DNA of 53,757 nucleotides, taken from positions 1-53,757 of the forward strand of contig JAZSRF010000013.1 in the NCBI GenBank assembly GCA_045538335.1. The letters are read 5' to 3'. The notes below the pieces were generated by a model. The model did no database searches. It saw only the letters and a list, made by a program, of their open reading frames with translations, and was not told the DNA's origin. The DNA comes from Clostridia bacterium. GTDB taxonomy: Bacteria; Bacillota; Clostridia; TANB77; CAG-465. Position 1 is the stretch's first letter, and each line of letters starts with the position of its first letter. The position numbers and the translations under genes are program-made. Positions 41,219-50,264 of this stretch are shown here, piece after piece.

Positions 41219-42937
41219 CAACGGTATTGTAATATAAAATGTTGTTCCTTTTCCTTCTTCTGTGTCAAATGTAATTTCTCCGCCAAAGGCTCCTGTTATT
41301 ACAGAGAATGCTAGGTAAAGACCAAATCCTGTACCATTTACACCTTTTGTTGTAAGAATATTTTTACCGATATTATCTCTAATATGTTCTGGTATTCCAC
41401 CTGCAAAATCTTCTATTGAAATTACAGCATTGTTATTTTTCTCATCTACAACAACATTTACTTCTCCACCTTTATCCTCATAAGCTTGTACAGCATTTAC
41501 AATAATGTTTGTTACAACTTGAGAAAGCTTTGCAGAGTTTCCTTTTACTGTTAAATCTTTCTTTATATCTAGATTTAAGTTTACTCTATGTTTTGTAAGC
41601 TCATTATGTATTATTACAGATACGTCTTTTATAACCGATGTAATATTTACATCGCTAATCTCATTACTTCCAATATTTCTTATTTGGTTTCTTAAGCTGT
41701 TTGTAAGCGTTACAATTTTATTTGCACAGCTATCCATTCTTTCTACAAGCATTTTTTCATCATCAGATCTAGCTGTAGATTTAAATATTAATAGCCCACT
41801 CTTTATTGCAGATATTGGTGTATTTATATCATGAGCAACACCTCCTGCAAGTTCTCCTAGCATTACTAAGGATTCATTTTTAAGCATTACTTCCATATCT
41901 TTCTTTGCTTGTGTTACATCCCTAAGAAGTATAAGTGTTGCTACATATTCTGTACCATCTTTAGATTTAACTGGTTGAAAGTCTACTTCAAAATATCTAT
42001 CATAAGCACCTTTTTCTATGTGATATTCTTTAGTAATTGTTGTTTCTTTTTCAATAGCCTCTGCTATATCTTTTTGTATATCCGTAAGACTTATAAAGTC
42101 TGCAGATTTTAAGATATCAAAAAGATTATCTTTATTTTTTATTTCACCAAACGCTTTAAATTTCTCAACAAATGTTTTGTTTAAATCTGCTATTGTTCCA
42201 TCTTCACTTATTACCACGAAAGCATCACTCATGTTATCTACTATTGCTTTTAATGTTACGGGTATAACGTTTAGTGCTTTTAATTTAAATATTGCTATGT
42301 AGAAACATACTGCTGTAACAGTATATGTAATAGGCATTATATACACATTACTGTCTATAATTCTCAATGCACCAAATGCATTAAATACTACCGGTACTAA
42401 AGCCCCTAAAAGTACTAATGCTGTTTGTACAGAGAAAAAGCCTGACTGTTTTACAGTTTTAACTGTTATAAGTGTAAAAGATATTAATACTAATGTATAC
42501 GAATATACCATAAAAACATATAACATTGGGCCAAATACTGTTGCCGCAAAATCTGTTGAATATTCTATGTAAAACAAATTATGCAAATCATTTGTCCAAA
42601 GAAATCCTAAAAGAATTGTTGGAACTAAGTATAACCAGCCAACTTTTTGTGTATTAGCATTCTTGTTTTTAAATACAATAGCTATTACCATAAGTTCAAC
42701 AGCCGTAAACATTGCGCCTATGTATGTTATGTACTCAAAATAAATTGGTTTTATATTAGTTTTAGACATCAATATTTGTAAGGCTAATCCTAATATGTGT
42801 ATACAAAATAATATATCTAGTATTATAAAATGATTATGTAACTTATTTCTTTTTTCTATTTTTAACAACGAATATATTAGTACTATAAGTATTATAAATG
42901 CCATTGTTAATATTAAAAATGTTGTATTAATTATCAT
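41213..42937 (-). CDS. Orphan sensor histidine kinase (HisKA_7TM-type, PAS, HisKA, HATPase), paralog of 33349..35058
   Basis: WTNDLHNLFY; VAHDINTP; QVVTNIIVNA; EDFAGGI; GTGFGL; ATGA overlap with NRPS stop. Confidence 0.92.
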   Translation of the reverse strand: MIINTTFLILTMAFIILIVLIYSLLKIEKRNKLHNHFIILDILFCIHILGLALQILMSKTNIKPIYFEYITYIGAMFTAVELMVIAIVFKNKNANTQKVGWLYLVPTILLGFLWTNDLHNLFYIEYSTDFAATVFGPMLYVFMVYSYTLVLISFTLITVKTVKQSGFFSVQTALVLLGALVPVVFNAFGALRIIDSNVYIMPITYTVTAVCFYIAIFKLKALNVIPVTLKAIVDNMSDAFVVISEDGTIADLNKTFVEKFKAFGEIKNKDNLFDILKSADFISLTDIQKDIAEAIEKETTITKEYHIEKGAYDRYFEVDFQPVKSKDGTEYVATLILLRDVTQAKKDMEVMLKNESLVMLGELAGGVAHDINTPISAIKSGLLIFKSTARSDDEKMLVERMDSCANKIVTLTNSLRNQIRNIGSNEISDVNITSVIKDVSVIIHNELTKHRVNLNLDIKKDLTVKGNSAKLSQVVTNIIVNAVQAYEDKGGEVNVVVDEKNNNAVISIEDFAGGIPEHIRDNIGKNILTTKGVNGTGFGLYLAFSVITGAFGGEITFDTEEGKGTTFYITIPLK

Positions 42938-45900
42938 TTGTTATCCCCTTTTATAAAATTTATTTTTTCTAGATATTTAATATATTTAATAATATACTCT
43001 TCATCTATTTTTGGCCATTCAAATCCCAAAAGTTCCAAAACTTTTATTGTAAAATCTGATTTGATTACTGTGTTCGGTGTATAATCTAATTCTTTATTTC
43101 TATTCAAATCTTGGATTATTCCTTTTACCTTTTCATAGCCATTATCCTCTTTAGAATAAAAATCTATAAGTTCTGTCATTTGTTTTTTGCTAATATGTTT
43201 CAACTTATAATTTAAATTACTAAGTGCTTTATCTAGTTCTGACATAATTATATGATTATGATTAAATAAGTGATATGTATTGTGATGTTCCTTCACTGTA
43301 GCAAGTAGACATATTGCCTTTGCCGCTAAATCTATAGGTGTAAATTCAACATTAAAATCTAACAAATTCTTAGGAAGTACTCCTAAATCTATAATGGTCT
43401 TTAATCTGTTAGCAAAAGCATTTTCCTCAACATTTGGTTGAAACATACCATCACTAATTCTACTAGTCAAATTACCCATTCTAATCACAGTAGCATCTAA
43501 ACCTTTTAATACATATTCATACACTGCTTTTTCTCCTAAAAACTTAGTATATGCATATACATTATCTAGGTTCTGGCCTATATATAAATTTGTTTCATTA
43601 AATATCGTTCCCTTTGCAATATCAACTTGTTCTATTTGTCCTACTTCTAAAATATTTCCAGAAACACTAAGTGTTGATATATGTATCAATTTCTTATTAT
43701 TCTCTAGAGCAAATTGAGCTAAATTATCTATACCGAAATAATTTATCTTTTTAAATATTTCTATATTTCCATAGTGCTTAACATAGGCTGCAGAATTAAT
43801 GATTACTTCTACATTATTTTTAATTAGCTCTATATCTTCCTGATTGTTAACAATATTTTCTAAAACAATATCTCCATCAATTATTATAATTCTTTTATCA
43901 AATAATTCATCATATTTATTTTCAAAAAAGAAATTTAGTCTTTCTTTTAATCTTTGTTTTGGTGTTTTTTCATTAACTTTTCTTACTAAACAGTAAATCT
44001 TTATATTTGTATTATCTAATAAATATGATAAAATATGTGCACCTAAAAATCCTGTTGCCCCTGTTAACAATACATTGCCTAATTTTTGTGTATCAATCTT
44101 TTGATTTTTTATTGTGTTTGACTTTAATAATTTGTGTATTTCTTTGAAATCAATGCTTTTTAATTCTTCTGAAATTGATACTTTGGATTTGTTTTTTGCG
44201 AGCATATCTGTCAAATCATTAATCGACTGATATTTGTATAAATCTGCAAATGTAATATTTATATTTTTATTCATTGCTAAAGTTATTGCCTTAATTGCAG
44301 ATAATGAATCCCCACCAATTTCAAAGAAACTATCATTTGGATATATATCTTCTCTATTTAAAGTTTCTCTAAATACTTCATATAAAACTTTTGATATTCC
44401 ATCATATTCTGGTAGTTGTTCTTGCGTCAATTCACTCTGAGTTACCTGTATATAGTTTAGAAGTTCTTTAGTATTAACTTTACCATTCTGATTTAAAGGT
44501 AGTTTTTCTAATTGGCAAATGTATGATGGCACCATATATGAAACTAGTCTTTCCTTTAGATATGACTTTATTTCATTAAGTGAAATTTCTCGTTTAGCAC
44601 TATAAAATCCAGCCATTTTCTTATTATTAGTATGGTCTTGATATATAAATACAGCAACATCATCTATATCTTTGTGTGCTAGAAAAGCATTTTTCACTTC
44701 ATCTAATTCTATTCTATAGCCTCTAATTTTAACTTGATTGTCTCTTCTTCCGATAAAGTCTATATATCCACCTTCAAGCATTCTAACAACGTCTCCAGTT
44801 TTATACATTCTACCTTTATGTGTTATTTCATCTTGTACAAACTTCTCGCGTGTCAAATCCTCTTTATTTATATATTCTAACGCAACACTGTCTCCGCCTA
44901 TTATATACTCACCTTCGGTATAAAGAGGAAGTAGTCTAAATTTGCTATCTATTACATAACCATAGGTATTAGATATAGCTTTACCTAAAGGCAATCTCTT
45001 ATCTGTTACATTTTTTACGTTAAATGTATTAGTAAAAGTAACGCATTCTGTTGGTCCATAGCAATTTATTATTTCAAGATTAGGATATGTTTCTCTTAGT
45101 TTATTTACATGTTTTAATGACATTACATCTCCGCCGCTTAAAACAGTTCTCAAACCTTCAAACACTTCTATTTTACCATCTATTATTTGATTAAATAGTG
45201 CTGCTGTAATCCAAGCTACAGTTACATTCCTTTCTTTTATATATTTGTTCAAATATTCAAAATCTAATAAATTTGACTTTTTAATTAAAGCACAAGTCCC
45301 TCCATTTAATAAAGTCCCCCAGAATTCAAATAAGGATACATCAAAGCTCGTTGATGCCGCTTGTAAAATAACATCTGTTTCTCTAAGTTCCATATAATCT
45401 GGATTTTTAACAAGCTTAGTAATATTTTTGTTTATTATTACAGCTCCTTTAGGATTACCTGTTGTTCCAGAAGTATACAATATACATACGGGGCTTTCGA
45501 TTCCATATGATATGCTTCTATTAAACTCTGGTTTTGCATTTTCCCACTTAATATCATTTACATATATTGTGTCTACATCAAATTTTTCCAAATTGTCTTG
45601 TATAACTAATTTAACATTAGCGTCATTTATTAGATATTCTTTTCTATCATATGAATAATTTGTTTCTATAGGTAAATAATATGCTCCTACCTTAAGCACT
45701 GCAATTATACTAATTAAAAGTTCAAATGATTTATCTATAACTATTCCTATTACATCATTTTCTTTAATTCCTTTACTGTATAGTATATTCGCTAAACAAT
45801 TCGCCTTTTCATTAAGTTCACAATATGTTAGTTCTTCATTTTCAAGTGTCAATGCCACTTTATTAGGGGTAATCTTAACTTGCTCTTCAAATAAATCTAT

Positions 45901-47259
45901 AACCGTTTTATCTTTAGGATATTCTCTTGTAGTATCATTAAACTCACCTAATATTTTATCTCTTTCTTCATTAGGCATTATATCTATATTTTCAATTGTT
46001 TTGTTGTTTATAATTCCGTCCTTAATAATTGTAAATATTCTTTGAGCTAAATGTTCTATTTCTATATCTTCGAATAAAGATGTTATATAGTCAAAATGTA
46101 CATCTAAGTTACCACTTGCATTTAAATCTTCTATATGTATTTCTATCTCGTTTTGGATATTACCGCTAAAACGCCATTTAAGTTCATATTTAGTAGTATC
46201 AACTATTTCTGAACGAGCATTTTGATAAGATAACATTACCTTATACATGTTATCTGATACACCATTTATTTCTTTATACTCTTCAGATATTTTTGAATAA
46301 GGATATTTTTGATGTCTAAATAGTGTCATAGAATCTGATGCAACTTTTTTACAAACATCTAAAAATGCATCTTGCTCATCTATATTAAATCTGACTGGCA
46401 TTGTTGATACGAACATACCTATCATATTTTTTTCTTTAAAATTCGACCTGTTAAGCACAGGTGTACCTATTGCAAAATCTGTTTTTTCTTTCACTCTTTC
46501 TATATATATTGCAAGAGCTGTTAAAAACAATACATATGGAGAAAGTCTATTTTGTTTACAATACTCATCTATTAAGCCTTGAAATTCATTATCTAATTTT
46601 ATAGTATATCTTTTTGCAAGAGTATTACCGGCTACAATAGTATCTTTTAAGCCAACTATATCTGTCATTCCTTTTAAGTATTCTTTCCAGAATTCGCTAT
46701 CTTTAGAATATTTTTCAGAACTTATATATTCTTGTTCAGCTAATATGAAATCTGTATAACTTGGATTAACATCAAGTATTTCATTACCACTTAATATTGC
46801 TTCATATATGTTACAAAGCGATGTACACATTTTAGATATTGACCACGCATCACAAATTAAATGATGTGCTTTTAAAAATATTTCGCCTACACCTTGTCCT
46901 CTATCTATTAAAAGATAAGAAAATAGTGGTTTTTCTATGACATCAAAACCTGTAGAAATATACTCCTCTTTTATTTTATCTATCTCTTGTTCTGTTTTGC
47001 CTTCCACATTTATTTTATCCGCTTCAAAAGGCGCAAAACTAGATACATACTGTTTAGGTATGCTATTTTCTACACATATTCTAAGTCTCATTCCTTCGTT
47101 TATTTCTACAAATTTGTTAACTGTTTGTTCTGCTTTTGAAATTTCAAAATCCTTCTTTATGATTAGAGAACCAGATATAATATTAATTAGTTTACTCTCA
47201 TAAAAGTTCTCTACCAACCATATGTTTTTTTGAGGAAATGTTAGTTCAAATTTTTCCAT
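42934..47259 (-). CDS. Single-module NRPS, C-A-T-R (terminal thioester reductase)
   Basis: C domain HHLICDAWS; A domain YTSGTTGNPKG, NCYGPTE, YKTGD, QVKIRGYRIE, LPLNQNGK; T domain FFEIGGDSL; R domain LTGATGFLG and YAYTK. Confidence 0.95.
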   Translation of the reverse strand: MEKFELTFPQKNIWLVENFYESKLINIISGSLIIKKDFEISKAEQTVNKFVEINEGMRLRICVENSIPKQYVSSFAPFEADKINVEGKTEQEIDKIKEEYISTGFDVIEKPLFSYLLIDRGQGVGEIFLKAHHLICDAWSISKMCTSLCNIYEAILSGNEILDVNPSYTDFILAEQEYISSEKYSKDSEFWKEYLKGMTDIVGLKDTIVAGNTLAKRYTIKLDNEFQGLIDEYCKQNRLSPYVLFLTALAIYIERVKEKTDFAIGTPVLNRSNFKEKNMIGMFVSTMPVRFNIDEQDAFLDVCKKVASDSMTLFRHQKYPYSKISEEYKEINGVSDNMYKVMLSYQNARSEIVDTTKYELKWRFSGNIQNEIEIHIEDLNASGNLDVHFDYITSLFEDIEIEHLAQRIFTIIKDGIINNKTIENIDIMPNEERDKILGEFNDTTREYPKDKTVIDLFEEQVKITPNKVALTLENEELTYCELNEKANCLANILYSKGIKENDVIGIVIDKSFELLISIIAVLKVGAYYLPIETNYSYDRKEYLINDANVKLVIQDNLEKFDVDTIYVNDIKWENAKPEFNRSISYGIESPVCILYTSGTTGNPKGAVIINKNITKLVKNPDYMELRETDVILQAASTSFDVSLFEFWGTLLNGGTCALIKKSNLLDFEYLNKYIKERNVTVAWITAALFNQIIDGKIEVFEGLRTVLSGGDVMSLKHVNKLRETYPNLEIINCYGPTECVTFTNTFNVKNVTDKRLPLGKAISNTYGYVIDSKFRLLPLYTEGEYIIGGDSVALEYINKEDLTREKFVQDEITHKGRMYKTGDVVRMLEGGYIDFIGRRDNQVKIRGYRIELDEVKNAFLAHKDIDDVAVFIYQDHTNNKKMAGFYSAKREISLNEIKSYLKERLVSYMVPSYICQLEKLPLNQNGKVNTKELLNYIQVTQSELTQEQLPEYDGISKVLYEVFRETLNREDIYPNDSFFEIGGDSLSAIKAITLAMNKNINITFADLYKYQSINDLTDMLAKNKSKVSISEELKSIDFKEIHKLLKSNTIKNQKIDTQKLGNVLLTGATGFLGAHILSYLLDNTNIKIYCLVRKVNEKTPKQRLKERLNFFFENKYDELFDKRIIIIDGDIVLENIVNNQEDIELIKNNVEVIINSAAYVKHYGNIEIFKKINYFGIDNLAQFALENNKKLIHISTLSVSGNILEVGQIEQVDIAKGTIFNETNLYIGQNLDNVYAYTKFLGEKAVYEYVLKGLDATVIRMGNLTSRISDGMFQPNVEENAFANRLKTIIDLGVLPKNLLDFNVEFTPIDLAAKAICLLATVKEHHNTYHLFNHNHIIMSELDKALSNLNYKLKHISKKQMTELIDFYSKEDNGYEKVKGIIQDLNRNKELDYTPNTVIKSDFTIKVLELLGFEWPKIDEEYIIKYIKYLEKINFIKGDNK

Positions 47260-47300
47260 ATTTATTACTCCTAACTCAATCTATTTCCACGCAATATAAG

Positions 47301-47356
47301 TATAACAAATACAGACAAAATGTGCAACAATATGTCACTCATTTTGTCTGTATTTT
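47301..47356 (-). promoter_or_regulatory. 56-bp promoter/operator element, copy 1, upstream of the NRPS
   Basis: TTGCAC-17-TATACT; perfect 16-bp inverted repeat AAATACAGACAAAATG/CATTTTGTCTGTATTT; 54/56 identical to 51407..51462. Confidence 0.8.
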
Positions 47357-48050
47357 AATACATATTATATTTTGATATAAATTTATCTAAGTCAAAATTT
47401 CCATCGCACATATCTTTTGAAATTTCACCAGTAATATATGCCGTTAGAATTGATGTGCTACACTCTTGCCATTTAGTAGCTTTTAATTCATCTTTTATAT
47501 CCTTACTTGTTATACTTATGCTCGCTTGTTCGTTACTGCAATTTGCAACAGATATGACTCCATCATAACAAGCTGGAAATGTTATAGCATTTGAATAATT
47601 TAAGCAAGCCGCTACAATTAATGTACCACTTTTAGTTAATTCATTAATAGTTCGTCTTAGTTCTTCATTTTCTTCAAATGTTGTAAAGCTCATACATATT
47701 ATATCTACTTCTTTTTCTTTTAACCATTCTAACCCTTTTATAACATCATCAATATTACCTGTGTTTTTGTCATTTAAAACATTTGCTAAGTATATTTCAC
47801 TATTACGGTCTCTGCTTTTTATTGTGTCTACTACCATATCTGAGTGAGTGTTGGCAGTCATAATATTGTTTGTGGCTTGTGTAAAGCAAGCAACATTATA
47901 GCTCTGTTTATAATTTTCGGACAAGTTTGTATCAATAACTCCAATTTTTAAGTACCTAACATTAGTATTTTTTATTTTCCAAAAGGTTAATAGTCCAAAT
48001 ATAAAAACCGTTGATAGTATTGCTATTAATATAAGCCGTTTATGTTTCAT
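47355..48050 (-). CDS. Compact S8 (subtilisin-like) serine peptidase with N-terminal signal/anchor
   Basis: KIGVIDT (Asp), THSDMV (His), IVAACLN, FPACYDGVISV, STSILTAYITG (Ser). Confidence 0.75.
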   Translation of the reverse strand: MKHKRLILIAILSTVFIFGLLTFWKIKNTNVRYLKIGVIDTNLSENYKQSYNVACFTQATNNIMTANTHSDMVVDTIKSRDRNSEIYLANVLNDKNTGNIDDVIKGLEWLKEKEVDIICMSFTTFEENEELRRTINELTKSGTLIVAACLNYSNAITFPACYDGVISVANCSNEQASISITSKDIKDELKATKWQECSTSILTAYITGEISKDMCDGNFDLDKFISKYNMY

Positions 48051-48068
48051 ATTTACACTCCTTAATTA

Positions 48069-48105
48069 ATAACCACTAACTAGTTAACAACTAATTAGTG
48101 GTTAT
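48069..48105. terminator. Long intergenic hairpin (terminator or stability element)
   Basis: 17-bp arms ATAACCACTAACTAGTT / AACTAATTAGTGGTTAT with one mismatch. Confidence 0.55.
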
Positions 48106-48122
48106 ATTATACACTTAGCCTA

Positions 48123-48428
48123 TTAAAAGTTCAACTTTGGTAAGTTTTTATCGTATTTTTCTCCCCAAACATAATGTTTAATAACTCTAGGTTTTGAATT
48201 TGGTGCTACTTCTTTCATCCAGTCAATAATTGGGTTTATGTCAAAAAACTTATAAGGTAAGTCCGAACGTTGTCTCATGCAAGTTAATTTTTTACCTTCA
48301 ATTATTTCTGAATGTTCTTCATAATACCATTTTTCAAATTCTTCTTGGTATTTTTCTATCTGTTCACCTAAAAAAGGTTCAAATTCTATTAAATACCAGT
48401 CTTGTGTAAAATCTACTATTACTTTCAT
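48123..48428 (-). CDS. Small hypothetical protein, candidate immunity protein
   Basis: GGAGG RBS; aromatic/acidic 101-aa protein starting 17 nt after the extended toxin-like ORF. Confidence 0.65.
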   Translation of the reverse strand: MKVIVDFTQDWYLIEFEPFLGEQIEKYQEEFEKWYYEEHSEIIEGKKLTCMRQRSDLPYKFFDINPIIDWMKEVAPNSKPRVIKHYVWGEKYDKNLPKLNF

Positions 48429-48445
48429 TTATCTACCTCCAAATT

Positions 48446-49299
48446 TTATACTCCTGGGAACCAACAATGAGGCCTCTTAGTAGGATCTTTCACCCATTTT
48501 CTACCAATTGGGTGAAAATGTGGAAATCTATCCCCCGCGCCTCGATGAGCATCCTCATATTTCGCCTTATACGTAGTTGATGCTGCTGAAGCTGCTAACC
48601 ATGCTGCGTTATAATTACTTGCAAAAACATCATAACCTTTTTTAATCTAGAAACAGCAGCTGAATAGCTGATTTGGTTACCCACCATTACTTGATTATTA
48701 TACAAATATGCTGCATAATAATAAGTTTTATTGTTTTTCTTGGATGTTTTTACTAGGTCTAAAGCTCTCGTTGCAGTTTTAGCTTTCGTACGTAAATCAC
48801 TCTTAGTGATTGTTTTACTTCTAACACCTTTGATTGTTGTTGCAATAAGCTCTGCTGAATAATACGTTGCTACAGCAAGTGTAGCAGAAATAACAGCCGA
48901 TATTACTACTTTTGCAGCTGCTACAATTGCAGGTGCCCAATAACCCGCTGAAAGAGCGATAGCAGCTACAGATTGAGCAACTACTTGTTCATCATATGTT
49001 GAATCATTATAATCTGCAATATAAACCATTGCACAGCCGTCATACATGTCAACGTTCAAATCATATTTTACTTCATCCAAGTGTAACGAATATGTTTCTT
49101 CTTGCTTATCATACGTACATTTAACAACTGTTCCTTCTACTTCAGTTTCCGAGCTTACTTGTGTGTTGTTTTCTTTCAGTGTCACGTTTTCTGTTTGTTG
49201 GTTGGTATCTCCAGATACCCGTGTGTTGCTGTTGGGTATTAATGTTATTCCCAACAACATTGCGAAGATTAGAGCAAGCGATATAAATTTCCGTAACAT
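48446..49299 (-). CDS. Secreted toxin/bacteriocin-like protein interrupted by a -1 frameshift at A_AAA_AAG
   Basis: Signal peptide; Ala/Val-rich hydrophobic segment; -1 frame continues GYDVFASNYNAAWLAA...EDAH...FPHFHP...PHCWFPGV to TAA at 48446. Confidence 0.65.
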
Positions 49300-49349
49300 A
49301 CAAATCTTCCTTTCTTTTAAGATTGAAATAAATTTCTACTTGCAAGATT

Positions 49350-49387
49350 ATTATATTATTCTATATGCATTTTGTAAAATTTTACAA
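49350..49387 (-). promoter_or_regulatory. Promoter of the toxin-like gene with a palindrome over the -35
   Basis: TTTACA-17-TATAAT; perfect palindrome TTGTAAAATTTTACAA at 49372-49387. Confidence 0.55.
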
Positions 49388-49535
49388 TGTTTCTTCTTAT
49401 TATACATTTTACTATATTTTGTTTCCTATACGTTTACTTTTTTACCATTTTATGGTATATTATTTGTGAAAAATATATGTTTTACATCTTTTTCATATAA
49501 ATGTATATTTTTAAGATACTTTTTGTGAGGTAATT

Positions 49536-50264
49536 ATGTACAATTTGTCTAACATTAATATAGGTAACAAAATAAAGGAAATTAGACTTTCCAGAGGACT
49601 TTCTCTAGAAGCCTTAGGTAAAAAAATATGTAAAACCAAAGCTACTATATCTAAATATGAAAAGAATGAGATATCTATAGATATTTTCACATTATTAGAG
49701 ATATGTAACGCTCTTGATTGTAATATTGCAAATATCTTTCACGAAAATAGCGAAAATCCTAATACTTATTCAACTGCTAATCCTTTTAAATGTGATAAAT
49801 TATTTGTTTACTACATCACTGGAAGGAAGCCAATTGTTTCTGTAATAGAACTTTCACTTGAAAACGGCAAAACTTTAGTAAAATTATATAAAGCTGTAAA
49901 AGATATTAATAAATACGCTTCTAACTACTCTTATGTATATTCCGGAGAGTTAACACACTCAAATACACTAGTATATGTTACTCTATCCAATAATTTATCA
50001 AGCAATCAATTAGAAAAAGTCAATATTACTGTAAACTTTCCCTGGTCCGAAGATACTAATACTTTTTCAGCTCTAATATCTGCCATAACACCAAATACAC
50101 TTCCTGTAGTTAAAAAGTGTATAATATCCAAACAGGCCATAACTAATTTGGCAGATTATAAAGATGATTTATTGATAACAGAAGATGAATTAAAAAGTAT
50201 TTCTGAAAATAATGCATGGATTTTAGAAAATCATAATCATAATCACTTTTTACTAGATTTCTAA
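49536..50264 (+). CDS. XRE-family HTH transcriptional regulator with C-terminal domain
   Basis: IGNKIKEIRLSRGLSLEALGKKICKTKATISKYEKNE. Confidence 0.88.
   Translation: MYNLSNINIGNKIKEIRLSRGLSLEALGKKICKTKATISKYEKNEISIDIFTLLEICNALDCNIANIFHENSENPNTYSTANPFKCDKLFVYYITGRKPIVSVIELSLENGKTLVKLYKAVKDINKYASNYSYVYSGELTHSNTLVYVTLSNNLSSNQLEKVNITVNFPWSEDTNTFSALISAITPNTLPVVKKCIISKQAITNLADYKDDLLITEDELKSISENNAWILENHNHNHFLLDF

Noticed and set aside
47307-47355. Invertible promoter between the 16-bp inverted repeats
   Set aside because: The segment between the arms is only 17 bp, both copies have the same orientation, and no recombinase is nearby.
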